IMG/VR virus record: IMGVR_UViG_3300036770_003984
Location: 64,542-128,541 of that record
Length of the DNA: 64,000 bases
Strand: one strand, 5' to 3'
Source: a virus
Position 1 is the first letter of the stretch, and each line of letters begins with the position of its first letter. Below the pieces are notes generated by a model. It was given only the letters and a program-made list of their open reading frames with translations. It was not told the origin of the DNA and made no database searches. This document shows positions 7,889 through 16,881 of this stretch, piece after piece. The position numbers and the translations under genes are program-made.

Positions 7889-7972
7889 TACCCAGGGCGG
7901 GACTCGAACCCGCACGACCTTACTGGTCACAAGATTTTAAGTCTTGCGTGGCTACCATTACACCACCTAGGT
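7889..7972 (-). tRNA. tRNA-Leu(TAA)
   Basis: CAAGA-CTTAAAA-TCTTG arm, long V arm. Confidence 0.95.
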
Positions 7973-8199
7973 AAATTTAAATACTTTTTTAATGTGGGGG
8001 AGTTGTATCCGTTAAATCATCCCATATTCTACCTAACCAAGAGTTTGGATATTTCTTAACTACCCAATTACCAAAAAGTGTTAGAAGAATAAATAAAACT
8101 ATAAACACAATCCAATTAATCATAATCTTTTTTAATTTAAGTTACATTATTATAAACCAACCTTCATCTCATTTAGTTCCAACTTTTAAAACTTTTTTT

Positions 8200-8274
8200 T
8201 GGCGGTACCAAGGGGAATCGAACCCCTACCATAAGAGTGACAACCTTATATTCTTGCCGTTAAACTATGGTACC
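8200..8274 (-). tRNA. tRNA-Asp(GTC)
   Basis: TAAGG-TTGTCAC-TCTTA arm; G73, encoded CCA. Confidence 0.93.
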
Positions 8275-8321
8275 AAATATTTTTCCCTCAATTTCAATGA
8301 ACATCACAAAAGTAGGTAATC

Positions 8322-8801
8322 TTATCCAATTTTCCAAGCTCCATAGATAGTTTTTTTTCTCTTTGTTGCATCATCTGGATTTCCAATCACCACCCCATCT
8401 TTAATTGTAAAAGCGTGACCTTTGACTGTGACTATGTAAGTTCCTTTGGGATAATCCTCCAAAAACTTTGCAGTTGTCATACTTCTCAAAGTGTTTACAC
8501 CTTTAACCTTAATCCAATAAGAAAGGTTCACATCTTTACTTATTGTTTTAATTTTTTTTCTATTAACACTAATTCCTTTACTTTCCAAAGTCCTCATCAC
8601 CAAACTAAAACAATAAGTTCCTTGTCCGTTTTTTCTTCCAAATATTTCAGCAACCTTTTTGTGAGCAAAATCATAAGTCACGTTGAAAGCTGAAGCAAAA
8701 GCTCTAACTACACAATCGTTTGTTTCAGACTTTGCAAGTCCTGAATCATTAATCCCTTTTATGGCGACCGAAGAGGATATGTATGGTGTTTGTTTTCTCA
8801 T
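8322..8801 (-). CDS. phage-type hypothetical protein with NDCVVRA and GHA motifs
   Basis: 159 aa; Cys/His motifs hint at a papain-like fold (inference); TAACTTTG box upstream. Confidence 0.7.
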   Translation of the reverse strand: MRKQTPYISSSVAIKGINDSGLAKSETNDCVVRAFASAFNVTYDFAHKKVAEIFGRKNGQGTYCFSLVMRTLESKGISVNRKKIKTISKDVNLSYWIKVKGVNTLRSMTTAKFLEDYPKGTYIVTVKGHAFTIKDGVVIGNPDDATKRKKTIYGAWKIG

Positions 8802-9042
8802 ACCACAAAGTTACAAAACCATTTCTAATTCCCAAACTCTGTGACAAAAAAAAATCCATCTTTTTTTTAGGAAGATGGATTTGATTTTATTAACAATTAA
8901 AACCTTATATCATACCATCTCCATCCGAGGATTTCTACCCTCAGCTCCAGTCGTTAAGTCCATATAGAGATTGTGTTTCATTTGTGAAGTTTTTACTATT
9001 TTTTTATTAAATATAACGATATAATACAAAAGGTCAAGTTAG

Positions 9043-9360
9043 TTACAAAAATTGTGAAATAATTTGTGCTACTTTATATCCAGTGAATGCCCCCAATGCC
9101 GCTGAACCAGGTAAAACAATGAATTTACCAAAATTACTTTCATATTTTGCACGATTAACAATATAAGATATTAAGATATAATATAAGAAAAAATTAATCA
9201 ATACGGCAAGATCAATTTCTTTGGCCATAAACACAACAATTGAGTTACCAAAGAATCCCCAACTGAAGTTAATCAATGTTTCTCTTATTAATTCACTAAC
9301 AGATGTCTTAGCATCGGCTACCTTAATTTCTTTTGTAAATATATTTTTTTTCTTTTTCAT
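9043..9360 (-). CDS. membrane protein
   Basis: Three hydrophobic segments. Confidence 0.7.
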   Translation of the reverse strand: MKKKKNIFTKEIKVADAKTSVSELIRETLINFSWGFFGNSIVVFMAKEIDLAVLINFFLYYILISYIVNRAKYESNFGKFIVLPGSAALGAFTGYKVAQIISQFL

Positions 9361-9362
9361 AA

Positions 9363-9602
9363 CTATTCTAAAATATCCCCAAATCCGTTTTCATCATTTA
9401 TGTCTTTTATTTTTATTTTAGTACTCCATGACAATTTAAAATAATTAGTTTTTGATATTTCATCATATTGATTAAAACAAAATGCTGATAATGGGTACAT
9501 ACTTTCGATATCTATTTCATCAACAATAAGTTCAATAATTATTTTATCTCCTTTTTTAATTGTTTCATCTTGCAATGCTTTTAATACGCCTATTGTTTTC
9601 AT
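9363..9602 (-). CDS. hypothetical protein ending DENGFGDILE
   Basis: 79 aa ORF, stop/start coupled. Confidence 0.65.
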   Translation of the reverse strand: MKTIGVLKALQDETIKKGDKIIIELIVDEIDIESMYPLSAFCFNQYDEISKTNYFKLSWSTKIKIKDINDENGFGDILE

Positions 9603-9617
9603 ATTATTATCTTTTTT

Positions 9618-10133
9618 TTATTCTAAAATATCACCAAATCCGTTCTCATCCAACCAATCTTTGTCATCATCAATTTCTTTTAATTCATATTCAAACGCGA
9701 ATATATTACATACAACATCATCAGCACTTGAAAAAGTTTCGTGAATGAAATCAAAATCATCTGGTTCTAATTGAAACTTTTCTTTGTTTAAACATTTGAA
9801 TAATTCTTTTGATGTTTTAAAAACATTTGGAGTTGTATAAGTTTTTAATCTACCCTCCATTTCCATATGTTCAAATTTCTTATAGAATTTATCATTAAAC
9901 ACCAAGATGTTTTCAGTTCCCCATTCATTTAGAACTTGCATTATAAATGTTTTTAATCCTTGAAAACAAGCTGTACGATAGTCATCAAATTGTTGTTGAA
10001 CGGAGACATCTCCAAATTCAACTTCACTTGTTTCCTTTTCGTGTTCGGCAATTTTATCCAATGCCATTAGTTGGAGTTGTTCCCAAGTTGTATCATAGGG
10101 TTTATAGAAATTTACAATTACCATTGGTGTCAT
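9618..10133 (-). CDS. hypothetical acidic protein ending DENGFGDILE
   Basis: 171 aa ORF. Confidence 0.75.
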   Translation of the reverse strand: MTPMVIVNFYKPYDTTWEQLQLMALDKIAEHEKETSEVEFGDVSVQQQFDDYRTACFQGLKTFIMQVLNEWGTENILVFNDKFYKKFEHMEMEGRLKTYTTPNVFKTSKELFKCLNKEKFQLEPDDFDFIHETFSSADDVVCNIFAFEYELKEIDDDKDWLDENGFGDILE

Positions 10134-10142
10134 ATTTAAAAA

Positions 10143-10784
10143 TTATTTATTTTCATTTGTATCATAAAACATATACTCAGAATCTTCGGTTGCCCACTTA
10201 TCATAACCCTCACAATTATAATAATCCTTATTAACCAAATAATCAGGTCTCTCAGGGAAAGATTTTGTGACAAAGGATGGTTCTGACCATCTTATTCTAT
10301 TATTCGGTTGTAGGGCAATCTGGCCATTATCTAGTAGTATTATATGATGTGACTTATGTTCCATTGGGTCTTCTGCCAAAGTAAAGTCACTATTCAAATC
10401 ACTAGAACCCCAATTTATTGTTGCATAATAACTTCCATCATACCATTTCTTATCTTTCATAAAGACTGAAACTCTGGTATCATAGACATAACTTAAATGA
10501 TGTACCGAGAAATTATATGAAAAACAATTCCATATTTGAAGATAATGGAATGGTAAATCAACATCAGGTAATTTGGGTTCAGTTAATAATGCGTGAGATG
10601 GAAGTTTATCTCTCATAACACCATTATTAAATAATACTTGGAATAATGCCGCTTGTCCTGGTAAACATCTAACTGAGATTATAACACCCTCAGTAAATTC
10701 ACCAAATCCCTTCTTATTTTGATATAGATATTCATTTCGAACATATACCTTTAATGGGAAAAAATTACCTTCAATATAAGCCAT
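10143..10784 (-). CDS. phage-type hypothetical protein
   Basis: 213 aa, VYVRNEYLY...LQIWNCFSY...ALQPNNR; resembles from memory a family in large phages, function unknown. Confidence 0.75.
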   Translation of the reverse strand: MAYIEGNFFPLKVYVRNEYLYQNKKGFGEFTEGVIISVRCLPGQAALFQVLFNNGVMRDKLPSHALLTEPKLPDVDLPFHYLQIWNCFSYNFSVHHLSYVYDTRVSVFMKDKKWYDGSYYATINWGSSDLNSDFTLAEDPMEHKSHHIILLDNGQIALQPNNRIRWSEPSFVTKSFPERPDYLVNKDYYNCEGYDKWATEDSEYMFYDTNENK

Positions 10785-12122
10785 TTAAATTAATATTATT
10801 TTTTTAATAATTGTATTCTCATCAATATTAATCTTAACTATATAAATTCCTTTTGACAATGAGGATAAATCAATTTGAGATGTCGGATTCTCAATAACAA
10901 ATTCAACCCCAAGTTCATTAAATAGTGAAATTCTATTAATATTTTTGGTTGTTTTTATATTCAATATATCTTTTGTTGGATTGGGATATATTAATATATC
11001 ATCGTTAATTTTATTTGAGATATTAATAATATTACTATAAGTTATATCACCACTATATTCAACAATTTTAAGTCTATAATAATTTTCTGAGTAAGTCAAA
11101 TCATCAATATAATTCATTGTTAAATCATAAGGATAAATCTCAGAAATGGGATACAAATCATAACCATTTGAACTCTTCTCCAACTCAATATAATTGACCT
11201 CTGTGACATCATCAAGTGTCCATTGAAGATTGACATCATCGTTGATTTTTGTCCCCTTAAATTCAATTATACCAATTGGTAATATTGTCCCACAATCAAC
11301 CAATGTTGTTGATGAACCAATATTAATTGGGTCTAATAAGTTTGAATAATTATAAGTCCCCATTCTTAATGAATTTATAAAATATCTATTGGCATCATTA
11401 TTTGGTTGACCTGGAGTTTCATTTGTTGGGGTAACACCTCTACTGAAATTGACTTTTGCTCCAAAACTACCACTATTGAAAAAATAATTTCTTTGCAATC
11501 CACTCCCTGTTATAATATTAAAAGATGAACCACCAAATGGAAAAGTGGGAAATGGGGTTGACACATCACCATATGAAAATCCGTGAAAAAATGAACCATT
11601 TGGACTTCTAACTTGTGCGGCATCACCATCATTTCTAAATCCAACCCTATCCCAAATTCTTGTTGCGGCATAACTAACTGGAGTATACAATGGATTTGTT
11701 GTTGTTGGTAAATTTGATGTATTATCCAAACACAAATCACTTATTGGTAAAATATAAACACAATCACCATCAAAATCTAATGGGTCTGGAGTTATCCCAA
11801 AAGTGGGATTAACATCAGCGCTATTATAAATTAAAATAATTGACCCAGGTTTTACATTGGATAAACATCCTGGTTTAATTCTTATATGACCTTGAGCAGT
11901 ACCAACCCCACTTAAAACACCTTCAAAATCTCCATTATTATCATCTATTATCCATCCACCCAAGTCTACACTTATTGTAGGGTTTGAAGTCGAGCCAATA
12001 ACAACTAACTCAAAATATTCTCTGTTTCCAGAATCACCATTTGATATTTCATTTATTATAAGACCTTGGGAATAAATTAAAAAAGGTAAAAAGATTAGTA
12101 AAATTAAATAGAAAATTTTCAT
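10785..12122 (-). CDS. secreted protein with lamin-tail-like domain and T9SS type A C-terminal sorting domain
   Basis: Signal peptide, IINEI...EYFELVV N-domain, C-terminal IYPNPT...IDLSSLSKGIYIVKI. Confidence 0.85.
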   Translation of the reverse strand: MKIFYLILLIFLPFLIYSQGLIINEISNGDSGNREYFELVVIGSTSNPTISVDLGGWIIDDNNGDFEGVLSGVGTAQGHIRIKPGCLSNVKPGSIILIYNSADVNPTFGITPDPLDFDGDCVYILPISDLCLDNTSNLPTTTNPLYTPVSYAATRIWDRVGFRNDGDAAQVRSPNGSFFHGFSYGDVSTPFPTFPFGGSSFNIITGSGLQRNYFFNSGSFGAKVNFSRGVTPTNETPGQPNNDANRYFINSLRMGTYNYSNLLDPINIGSSTTLVDCGTILPIGIIEFKGTKINDDVNLQWTLDDVTEVNYIELEKSSNGYDLYPISEIYPYDLTMNYIDDLTYSENYYRLKIVEYSGDITYSNIINISNKINDDILIYPNPTKDILNIKTTKNINRISLFNELGVEFVIENPTSQIDLSSLSKGIYIVKINIDENTIIKKIILI

Positions 12123-12133
12123 AGTTTAAACGA

Positions 12134-12445
12134 TTATTCATTAATAGAGCTGTACTCTCTCAATAAATAGTCGGTAAAATCTTCCACACTTTCAACATTA
12201 ACTTCAATTTCATCATACCAAATCTTTTTTTCAATATTTTCATACAACCACCAACCAACTAAATCCTGTATCCATCCGTATTGTTCGTCTTTTTCTTTTC
12301 TGAGAATGGTCGGAATAGACTTCTCAAGCTGGGACGTGGTATTGTTAAAGTCAAGTAAATCAACTCCCATATCATACAACTTGTGCACTTTTTCATCGTG
12401 TTCCTTGATTTTCTTTAATGTTTCGATTATGTAATCCCTTACCAT
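12134..12445 (-). CDS. hypothetical protein
   Basis: 103 aa ORF. Confidence 0.7.
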   Translation of the reverse strand: MVRDYIIETLKKIKEHDEKVHKLYDMGVDLLDFNNTTSQLEKSIPTILRKEKDEQYGWIQDLVGWWLYENIEKKIWYDEIEVNVESVEDFTDYLLREYSSINE

Positions 12446-12481
12446 AATAAATATTATTTAATTGTTAAATTTTTAAATTTG

Positions 12482-12556
12482 CGAGAACGATAGGACTTGA
12501 ACCTATAACCTGTGGGTCTGGAATCCACTGCTCTAATCCAATTGAGCTACATTCCC
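12482..12556 (-). tRNA. tRNA-Trp(CCA)
   Basis: GTGGA-TTCCAGA-CCCAC arm (A:C at last pair), G73; D-loop looks Arg-like. Confidence 0.8.
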
Positions 12557-12584
12557 ATATGTTTTGTAAAGATAATAATAACTT

Positions 12585-13334
12585 TTAAATATTTCCGTAT
12601 TTCTTATTCCAAATTTCAATATTTTCAAGTAGTTCGGATAATGTTAAAGACGATTTACCATTTTTAGACGAATTATCCGAAAATAAAAGTAATTCACAAT
12701 TTGCTGGATGAGATAAAATATTAGGGTCTATTTTATTTCTATAACCTTCCATCACTGAATATTTATGGTCTTTTGTGACACCAACCAAATTATTTTTTTT
12801 ATTTGTTGGGGAATACCATCCATATTGTTCAATTAAAATTAAATCAAATTCTTGTGGATAATCCTTTACATTAAATTGAAAAGTACAAGAAGGTCTATAA
12901 TATTGATAATACTCTAACCTACAATTAGTACAAACAATTTTGTACTTTTCAATAACTTTATTATTACAAATCCTACAAGTTTTTATTTTTCCAACTTTAG
13001 GTTTAGTAGGGTTTGTCGGTTTAGTTGGTTTACTTTTTAATGTTTTTGAGATTTTATTTTTAGTTTCTTCACTATGTTTACGTTTTTTATTATTAAACGT
13101 TGTTGAACAAGATGAATTACAAAATAATTTGTTTTTACTTAAATAAGACTCAAATGTATTTCCACAATTTTTACAAGTTTTATTTGTTGTATAAACTACT
13201 TGTAAACCTAATCTAAACATTTTGTTAGTTATCGTTTTATACGTAACTCCAAAAATTTCAGCAATCCTATTTGGTTTTAAACCTTGATTAACCAAATCAA
13301 TTAATTTTTCAATATCGTTATCATTCCATTTCAT
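12585..13334 (-). CDS. putative HNH-type homing endonuclease with HTH and Zn ribbon
   Basis: N-terminal HTH, CKNC..FCNSSC, C-terminal KDHKYS...HPANC...DNSSK. Confidence 0.7.
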   Translation of the reverse strand: MKWNDNDIEKLIDLVNQGLKPNRIAEIFGVTYKTITNKMFRLGLQVVYTTNKTCKNCGNTFESYLSKNKLFCNSSCSTTFNNKKRKHSEETKNKISKTLKSKPTKPTNPTKPKVGKIKTCRICNNKVIEKYKIVCTNCRLEYYQYYRPSCTFQFNVKDYPQEFDLILIEQYGWYSPTNKKNNLVGVTKDHKYSVMEGYRNKIDPNILSHPANCELLLFSDNSSKNGKSSLTLSELLENIEIWNKKYGNI

Positions 13335-13386
13335 AAATATAAATATCAACAAAATGAGTAAAAATAACTAACTGAACTATTTTTTG

Positions 13387-13472
13387 AGGTCGGGGAGGGA
13401 TTTGAACCCACGATGAATTTTTCATTCGATAGTTTTGCAGACTAGTGCCTTAACCAACTCGGCCACCCGACC
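13387..13472 (-). tRNA. tRNA-Cys(GCA) with long variable arm
   Basis: CTAGT-CTGCAAA-ACTAT arm, U73; V region GAATGAAAAATTCATC. Confidence 0.88.
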
Positions 13473-13489
13473 CTATTGTTTCTTTTTTA

Positions 13490-13690
13490 ATCCCCCAACT
13501 TCACCCCACTCGTCAGTGGGGGATTGGTTGAGTTAAGCTTCCTAACTTATACCTTGGGCTATTCGTTTACAAGCAACAAGACCACAGCAGTGAGCAGTTC
13601 TTATGGGATGCCTCGTGGTACTATTATAACATAAAGAACAATTACCTACTAGCACCTCACACCGAAATTGTAGGCAGGCTCGGTCCCTTA
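13490..13690 (-). ncRNA. candidate structured ncRNA ending in a terminator-like hairpin
   Basis: GC-rich intergenic; GCCTAC/GTAGGT, GTTCTT/AAGAAC stems; AATCCCCCA/TGGGGGATT inverted repeat. Confidence 0.45.
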
Positions 13691-13703
13691 ATTGTTCAAA
13701 TCT

Positions 13704-13952
13704 TTATTTCACGATTGTTTGTATTTCAAAATTTTTGGAGTTTTTATCATTACTCTTGTGAGTCACAGAACCATTACAAGTTGTAAAATACTTGTACCCA
13801 TTATCCCAAAATCGATATACTTTACACCCATCGACCTCAAATAGAAGTTCAACTCTATAATTCACATTATCTGTTTTTAGTTCTTCTAAACCTTCTCTTT
13901 GACAACTAAGGAATAATACAGATACCAAACCAAGAAATAATATTTTTTTCAT
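13704..13952 (-). CDS. lipoprotein, DUF4884-like
   Basis: Lipobox LFLSC; VELLFEVDGCKVYRFWD motif. Confidence 0.75.
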   Translation of the reverse strand: MKKILFLGLVSVLFLSCQREGLEELKTDNVNYRVELLFEVDGCKVYRFWDNGYKYFTTCNGSVTHKSNDKNSKNFEIQTIVK

Positions 13953-13981
13953 TTTTTTTATATTTTAAAAATCATTTAATG

Positions 13982-14066
13982 TGTCCTTACCTAGATTCGA
14001 ACTAGGATTATACTTCTCGTCTCCACTTTGTAAGAGTGGGATGTTTAACCATTACACCATAAGGAC
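13982..14066 (-). tRNA. tRNA-Val(TAC) with enlarged variable region
   Basis: CCACT-CTTACAA-AGTGG arm; GTCCTTA/TAAGGAC acceptor. Confidence 0.85.
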
Positions 14067-14268
14067 TATTTATAAAAGAATGATTGGGCTATACTGATAA
14101 TTGTACTCCAATAGAACCGAGACCGCGTATCTTAGTTACCTTTCCTAGTTTACAGTCAAAGTCCTGAACTTTCGTTCCATTCTTAATTTTTATTTTCAGA
14201 CCCATAATGTCAAAAAATATTTCTACTATTTTATAATAACACCTTTCGATAAGTGACTTATTGTGTTG

Positions 14269-14343
14269 TGACCCTGGGGAGATTCGAACTCCCGCTCCCA
14301 ATATTAAAAGTATTGTGCTTTAAACCAGCTAAGCTACAGGGTC
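14269..14343 (-). tRNA. tRNA-Lys(TTT)
   Basis: CAATA-CTTTTAA-TATTG arm. Confidence 0.95.
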
Positions 14344-14416
14344 ATTTTCTTGTTTCTTAATGTAGTTGTTGTACTTATTTCTAAGCATTTCATAAAACTT
14401 GGATGAACTTGGTTTT

Positions 14417-14644
14417 CTAATTGTCCGTTTCATTTGTTATTTTTTTAAGTGAGTTACATCTACATAACACATTGAAGTAATGAATTGGTTCCATATGGTA
14501 GTTATTTTTGTCATCCAAATAAATCACCACCTCCATATCCACAATTGCCCTAATTTCGATGTGTTTATTGTTTGGATTATCTTCACTATAATCAATAAAC
14601 AACTTATCACCAACCTTAAATTCACCAATTTTTACATTAACCAT
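14417..14644 (-). CDS. hypothetical protein
   Basis: 75 aa ORF. Confidence 0.6.
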   Translation of the reverse strand: MVNVKIGEFKVGDKLFIDYSEDNPNNKHIEIRAIVDMEVVIYLDDKNNYHMEPIHYFNVLCRCNSLKKITNETDN

Positions 14645-14660
14645 AATTTATTAAAATTTG

Positions 14661-14733
14661 CGTCCCAGGTAGGATTCGAACCTACGACAACTTGATTAAC
14701 AGTCAAGGGCTACTACCACTGAGCTACTGAGAC
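14661..14733 (-). tRNA. tRNA-Asn(GTT)
   Basis: CTTGA-CTGTTAA-TCAAG arm, G73. Confidence 0.95.
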
Positions 14734-14741
14734 ATTTGTTG

Positions 14742-14818
14742 TCGGCAAGATAGGAATCGAACCTATATGTAACCAATTAACCTTTCTACCGTGTATCAGA
14801 CGGAGGGTATACTTGCCG
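14742..14818 (-). tRNA. atypical D-arm-less tRNA-Ile(GAT)
   Basis: CGGCAAG/CTTGCCG acceptor, short linker, CCGT-CTGATAC-ACGG arm, ~20-nt extra region, ATAGGTTCGATTCCTAT T-arm, A73. Confidence 0.7.
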
Positions 14819-14831
14819 TATTATAATTCTG

Positions 14832-14908
14832 TAGGAAAGATGGGGTTCGAACCCATATGTTACCAGTTACCCTTTCTACGGCGTATAAGGCTGAGGGGAT
14901 ACTTTCCT
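14832..14908 (-). tRNA. atypical D-arm-less tRNA-Ile(TAT)
   Basis: AGGAAAG/CTTTCCT acceptor, same layout as the GAT neighbour, loop CTTATAC. Confidence 0.65.
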
Positions 14909-14916
14909 AAATGTTG

Positions 14917-15001
14917 TAGAGTAGACAGGACTTGAACCTGCAGCGTCACTATGACCCTTGTTCCCAAAACAAGACGGCTTCCATTTACCGGGTACTACTC
15001 T
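14917..15001 (-). tRNA. tRNA-Pro(TGG) with long variable arm
   Basis: CTTGT-TTTGGGA-ACAAG arm; AGAGTAG/CTACTCT acceptor; V region GGTCATAGTGACGCT. Confidence 0.85.
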
Positions 15002-15340
15002 ATATTATTAAACCATATATAAATCCAAACAAAAGAACAATTAGAAATATAATTCCAACTATAAACAAGTCTGAGTTCTTTGTTTTGTAAGACAAAATTA
15101 AGAATAAGATTCCAATAATCAAAAATAAAAGACCAATAATTACTAACATTTTTTAATTATTTTTATCATATAAAATCCAAAAACGTAAACTAACCATAAA
15201 CCAAATTTGAGAACCTAATAGCCAAAACCAAGTCATTAAATCTCGGTCATATTCTATTTCGTAGACAAATAGACAAAAATATCCTATACCTATTAAAAGC
15301 GAAAAAAGTGCAGAAATTTTATTTTTCATATTAGTTTGTT

Positions 15341-15553
15341 TTAATTTTCATCTTTAATTAAATCTAATACCCATTGTAAGAGTAATATTTTTTCTTTAAA
15401 AGAATGTTCAAAATCTTGACACATTACAAAAGATGGGTCACCCTCTTTTATAGTTTCTTCTGTCCATTTAAAATTTATTTGTCTATCTTTCCAATACTTC
15501 ACACGTTTTTCAAACTCTTCTATTTTTTCAAGTATTTTTTTTCTTGCGTTCAT
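15341..15553 (-). CDS. hypothetical protein
   Basis: 70 aa ORF. Confidence 0.6.
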   Translation of the reverse strand: MNARKKILEKIEEFEKRVKYWKDRQINFKWTEETIKEGDPSFVMCQDFEHSFKEKILLLQWVLDLIKDEN

Positions 15554-15580
15554 TATATTTTAATTTTATAGTTTAAAAAA

Positions 15581-15707
15581 TAGTCCTGACAGGATTCGAA
15601 CCTGTATTATGTGTGGACTCGAACCACTTTGAAAGGTGTTTCCTTTCCTGTAAACCCAGTACAGCTCCCAATATCTGAGAGGCGTCTACCAATTCCGCCA
15701 CAGGACT
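15581..15707 (-). ncRNA. tRNA-Leu-framed RNA with insert (E7, 127 nt)
   Basis: AGTCCTG/CAGGACT, TGGCGGAATTGGTAGACGC, ACAGGTTCGAATCCTGT; insert has a nested GTGGTTCGAGTCCAC T-arm. Confidence 0.87.
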
Positions 15708-15720
15708 AAAATTCTACCAT

Positions 15721-15846
15721 CTTACATATACACTAAAAAATAATAGTGCAATTGTGAACACTCGTTTTGTCCGACTGTGTGGGGTTCGTTGATATGACAA
15801 TCCCAAATCGAACCACCATTCTTTATTGTCTAGTGTATTTAATGTG
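15721..15846 (-). ncRNA. candidate structured ncRNA between E7 and E8
   Basis: TACACTA/TAGTGTA closing stem, GGTTCG/CGAACC inner stem. Confidence 0.45.
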
Positions 15847-15875
15847 ATTTCAACTTTCATAACTTTTAATTTTTG

Positions 15876-16005
15876 TAGTCCTGACAGGATTCGAACCCGT
15901 ATTAAGCTACATATTGTTTATGTTAGACCTTTCGCTCCAATCCTAGTATTAAGGAGTGTCTGAACATTCAATCTTCACTCTACCCTTAGCTTTCGCCACA
16001 GGACT
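15876..16005 (-). ncRNA. tRNA-Leu-framed RNA with insert and reduced D-arm (E8, 130 nt)
   Basis: AGTCCTG/CAGGACT, TGGCGAAAGC, ACGGGTTCGAATCCTGT. Confidence 0.8.
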
Positions 16006-16171
16006 AAATTTATTTAAAGTACACCAATTGCTTTTAATACAAATGGCGTTATTGCACAAGTAAGAACCAATAAATAAAACCACATTGGCATTACTCCGCT
16101 AATTTCGTTTCCTACTTTTCTATTTAAAAACTCTTTAAGCTCTTTCATAACTTTTATTTTTTAATTTTTTG

Positions 16172-16319
16172 TAGTCCTGACAGGATTCGAACCTGTAAAA
16201 ATTAAGCATGTACTCGTCACTCGGATAATCTGTACAACACTATGACTTTGCATATTTACTCCGAGAAAATATACTGCCTTAGTTATCTTAATAGCGTCTA
16301 CCAATTCCGCCATAGGACT
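16172..16319 (-). ncRNA. tRNA-Leu-framed RNA with insert (E9, 148 nt)
   Basis: AGTCCTA/CAGGACT (A:C at 7:66), full D and T arms; insert stems ATTAAG/CTTAAT, CTCGGA/TCCGAG; own promoter. Confidence 0.87.
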
Positions 16320-16475
16320 ATTGTATCACAAAATTACGATTTCATTTTCTAATTTCCAAACACTTTGGAATATTTTTTTATTCATTTAAAATGATTAGGT
16401 GGGTCGCTCATCTCCACTGTCTGCATTCCTTTGAGTTATGAACTCAACTGCTCTAATCTTATTAAGATTTTTCTG

Positions 16476-16562
16476 CGGAGGACAGAGGACACGAACCCCA
16501 CACCATACTTGGTGCCACTCGCTTAGCAGGCGGTGGTAACGACCCTGATTACTTTATCCTCC
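16476..16562 (-). tRNA. tRNA-Ser(GCT)
   Basis: CGC-CTGCTAA-GCG arm, long V arm, G73. Confidence 0.85.
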
Positions 16563-16567
16563 AATTG

Positions 16568-16798
16568 TTAACGTATGTGAACTCTGTCGTGGTCAGTTCC
16601 AACTATAACTGATACCTCATTTATAGTGTCATAATCTCCACCATAATCAATATCAATGGTTACTTCATAGTCATTATAACCTTCATCAGCTAATTCTTGT
16701 AATTTATCAATTAACCATTTTACAGTCTTAACTTTAGGTTTCACTGGTGTTTTTTCGGGTACATACCACACCCCATTTATTTGAATCCTATTTTCCAT
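16568..16798 (-). CDS. hypothetical protein
   Basis: 76 aa ORF. Confidence 0.65.
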   Translation of the reverse strand: MENRIQINGVWYVPEKTPVKPKVKTVKWLIDKLQELADEGYNDYEVTIDIDYGGDYDTINEVSVIVGTDHDRVHIR

Positions 16799-16881
16799 AT
16801 TTTTAATTATTTTTGTTTAAGGTTATCATTTACATAAACCTATCCAATAATTATTTAGTTCCAAGATTTAAATTTTTTTTG

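Noticed and set aside
7993-8066. Possible tRNA between Leu(TAA) and Asp
   Set aside because: Only weak terminal pairing; no T-loop or anticodon arm.
13510-13516. CTGACGA hammerhead-like core on the minus strand
   Set aside because: No GAAA/stem II-III arrangement; it lies in a terminator-like inverted repeat.
16395-16470. Extra tRNA-Met from the perfect TTGAG-TTCATAA-CTCAA arm
   Set aside because: No acceptor pairing or T-loop; at most a decayed remnant.
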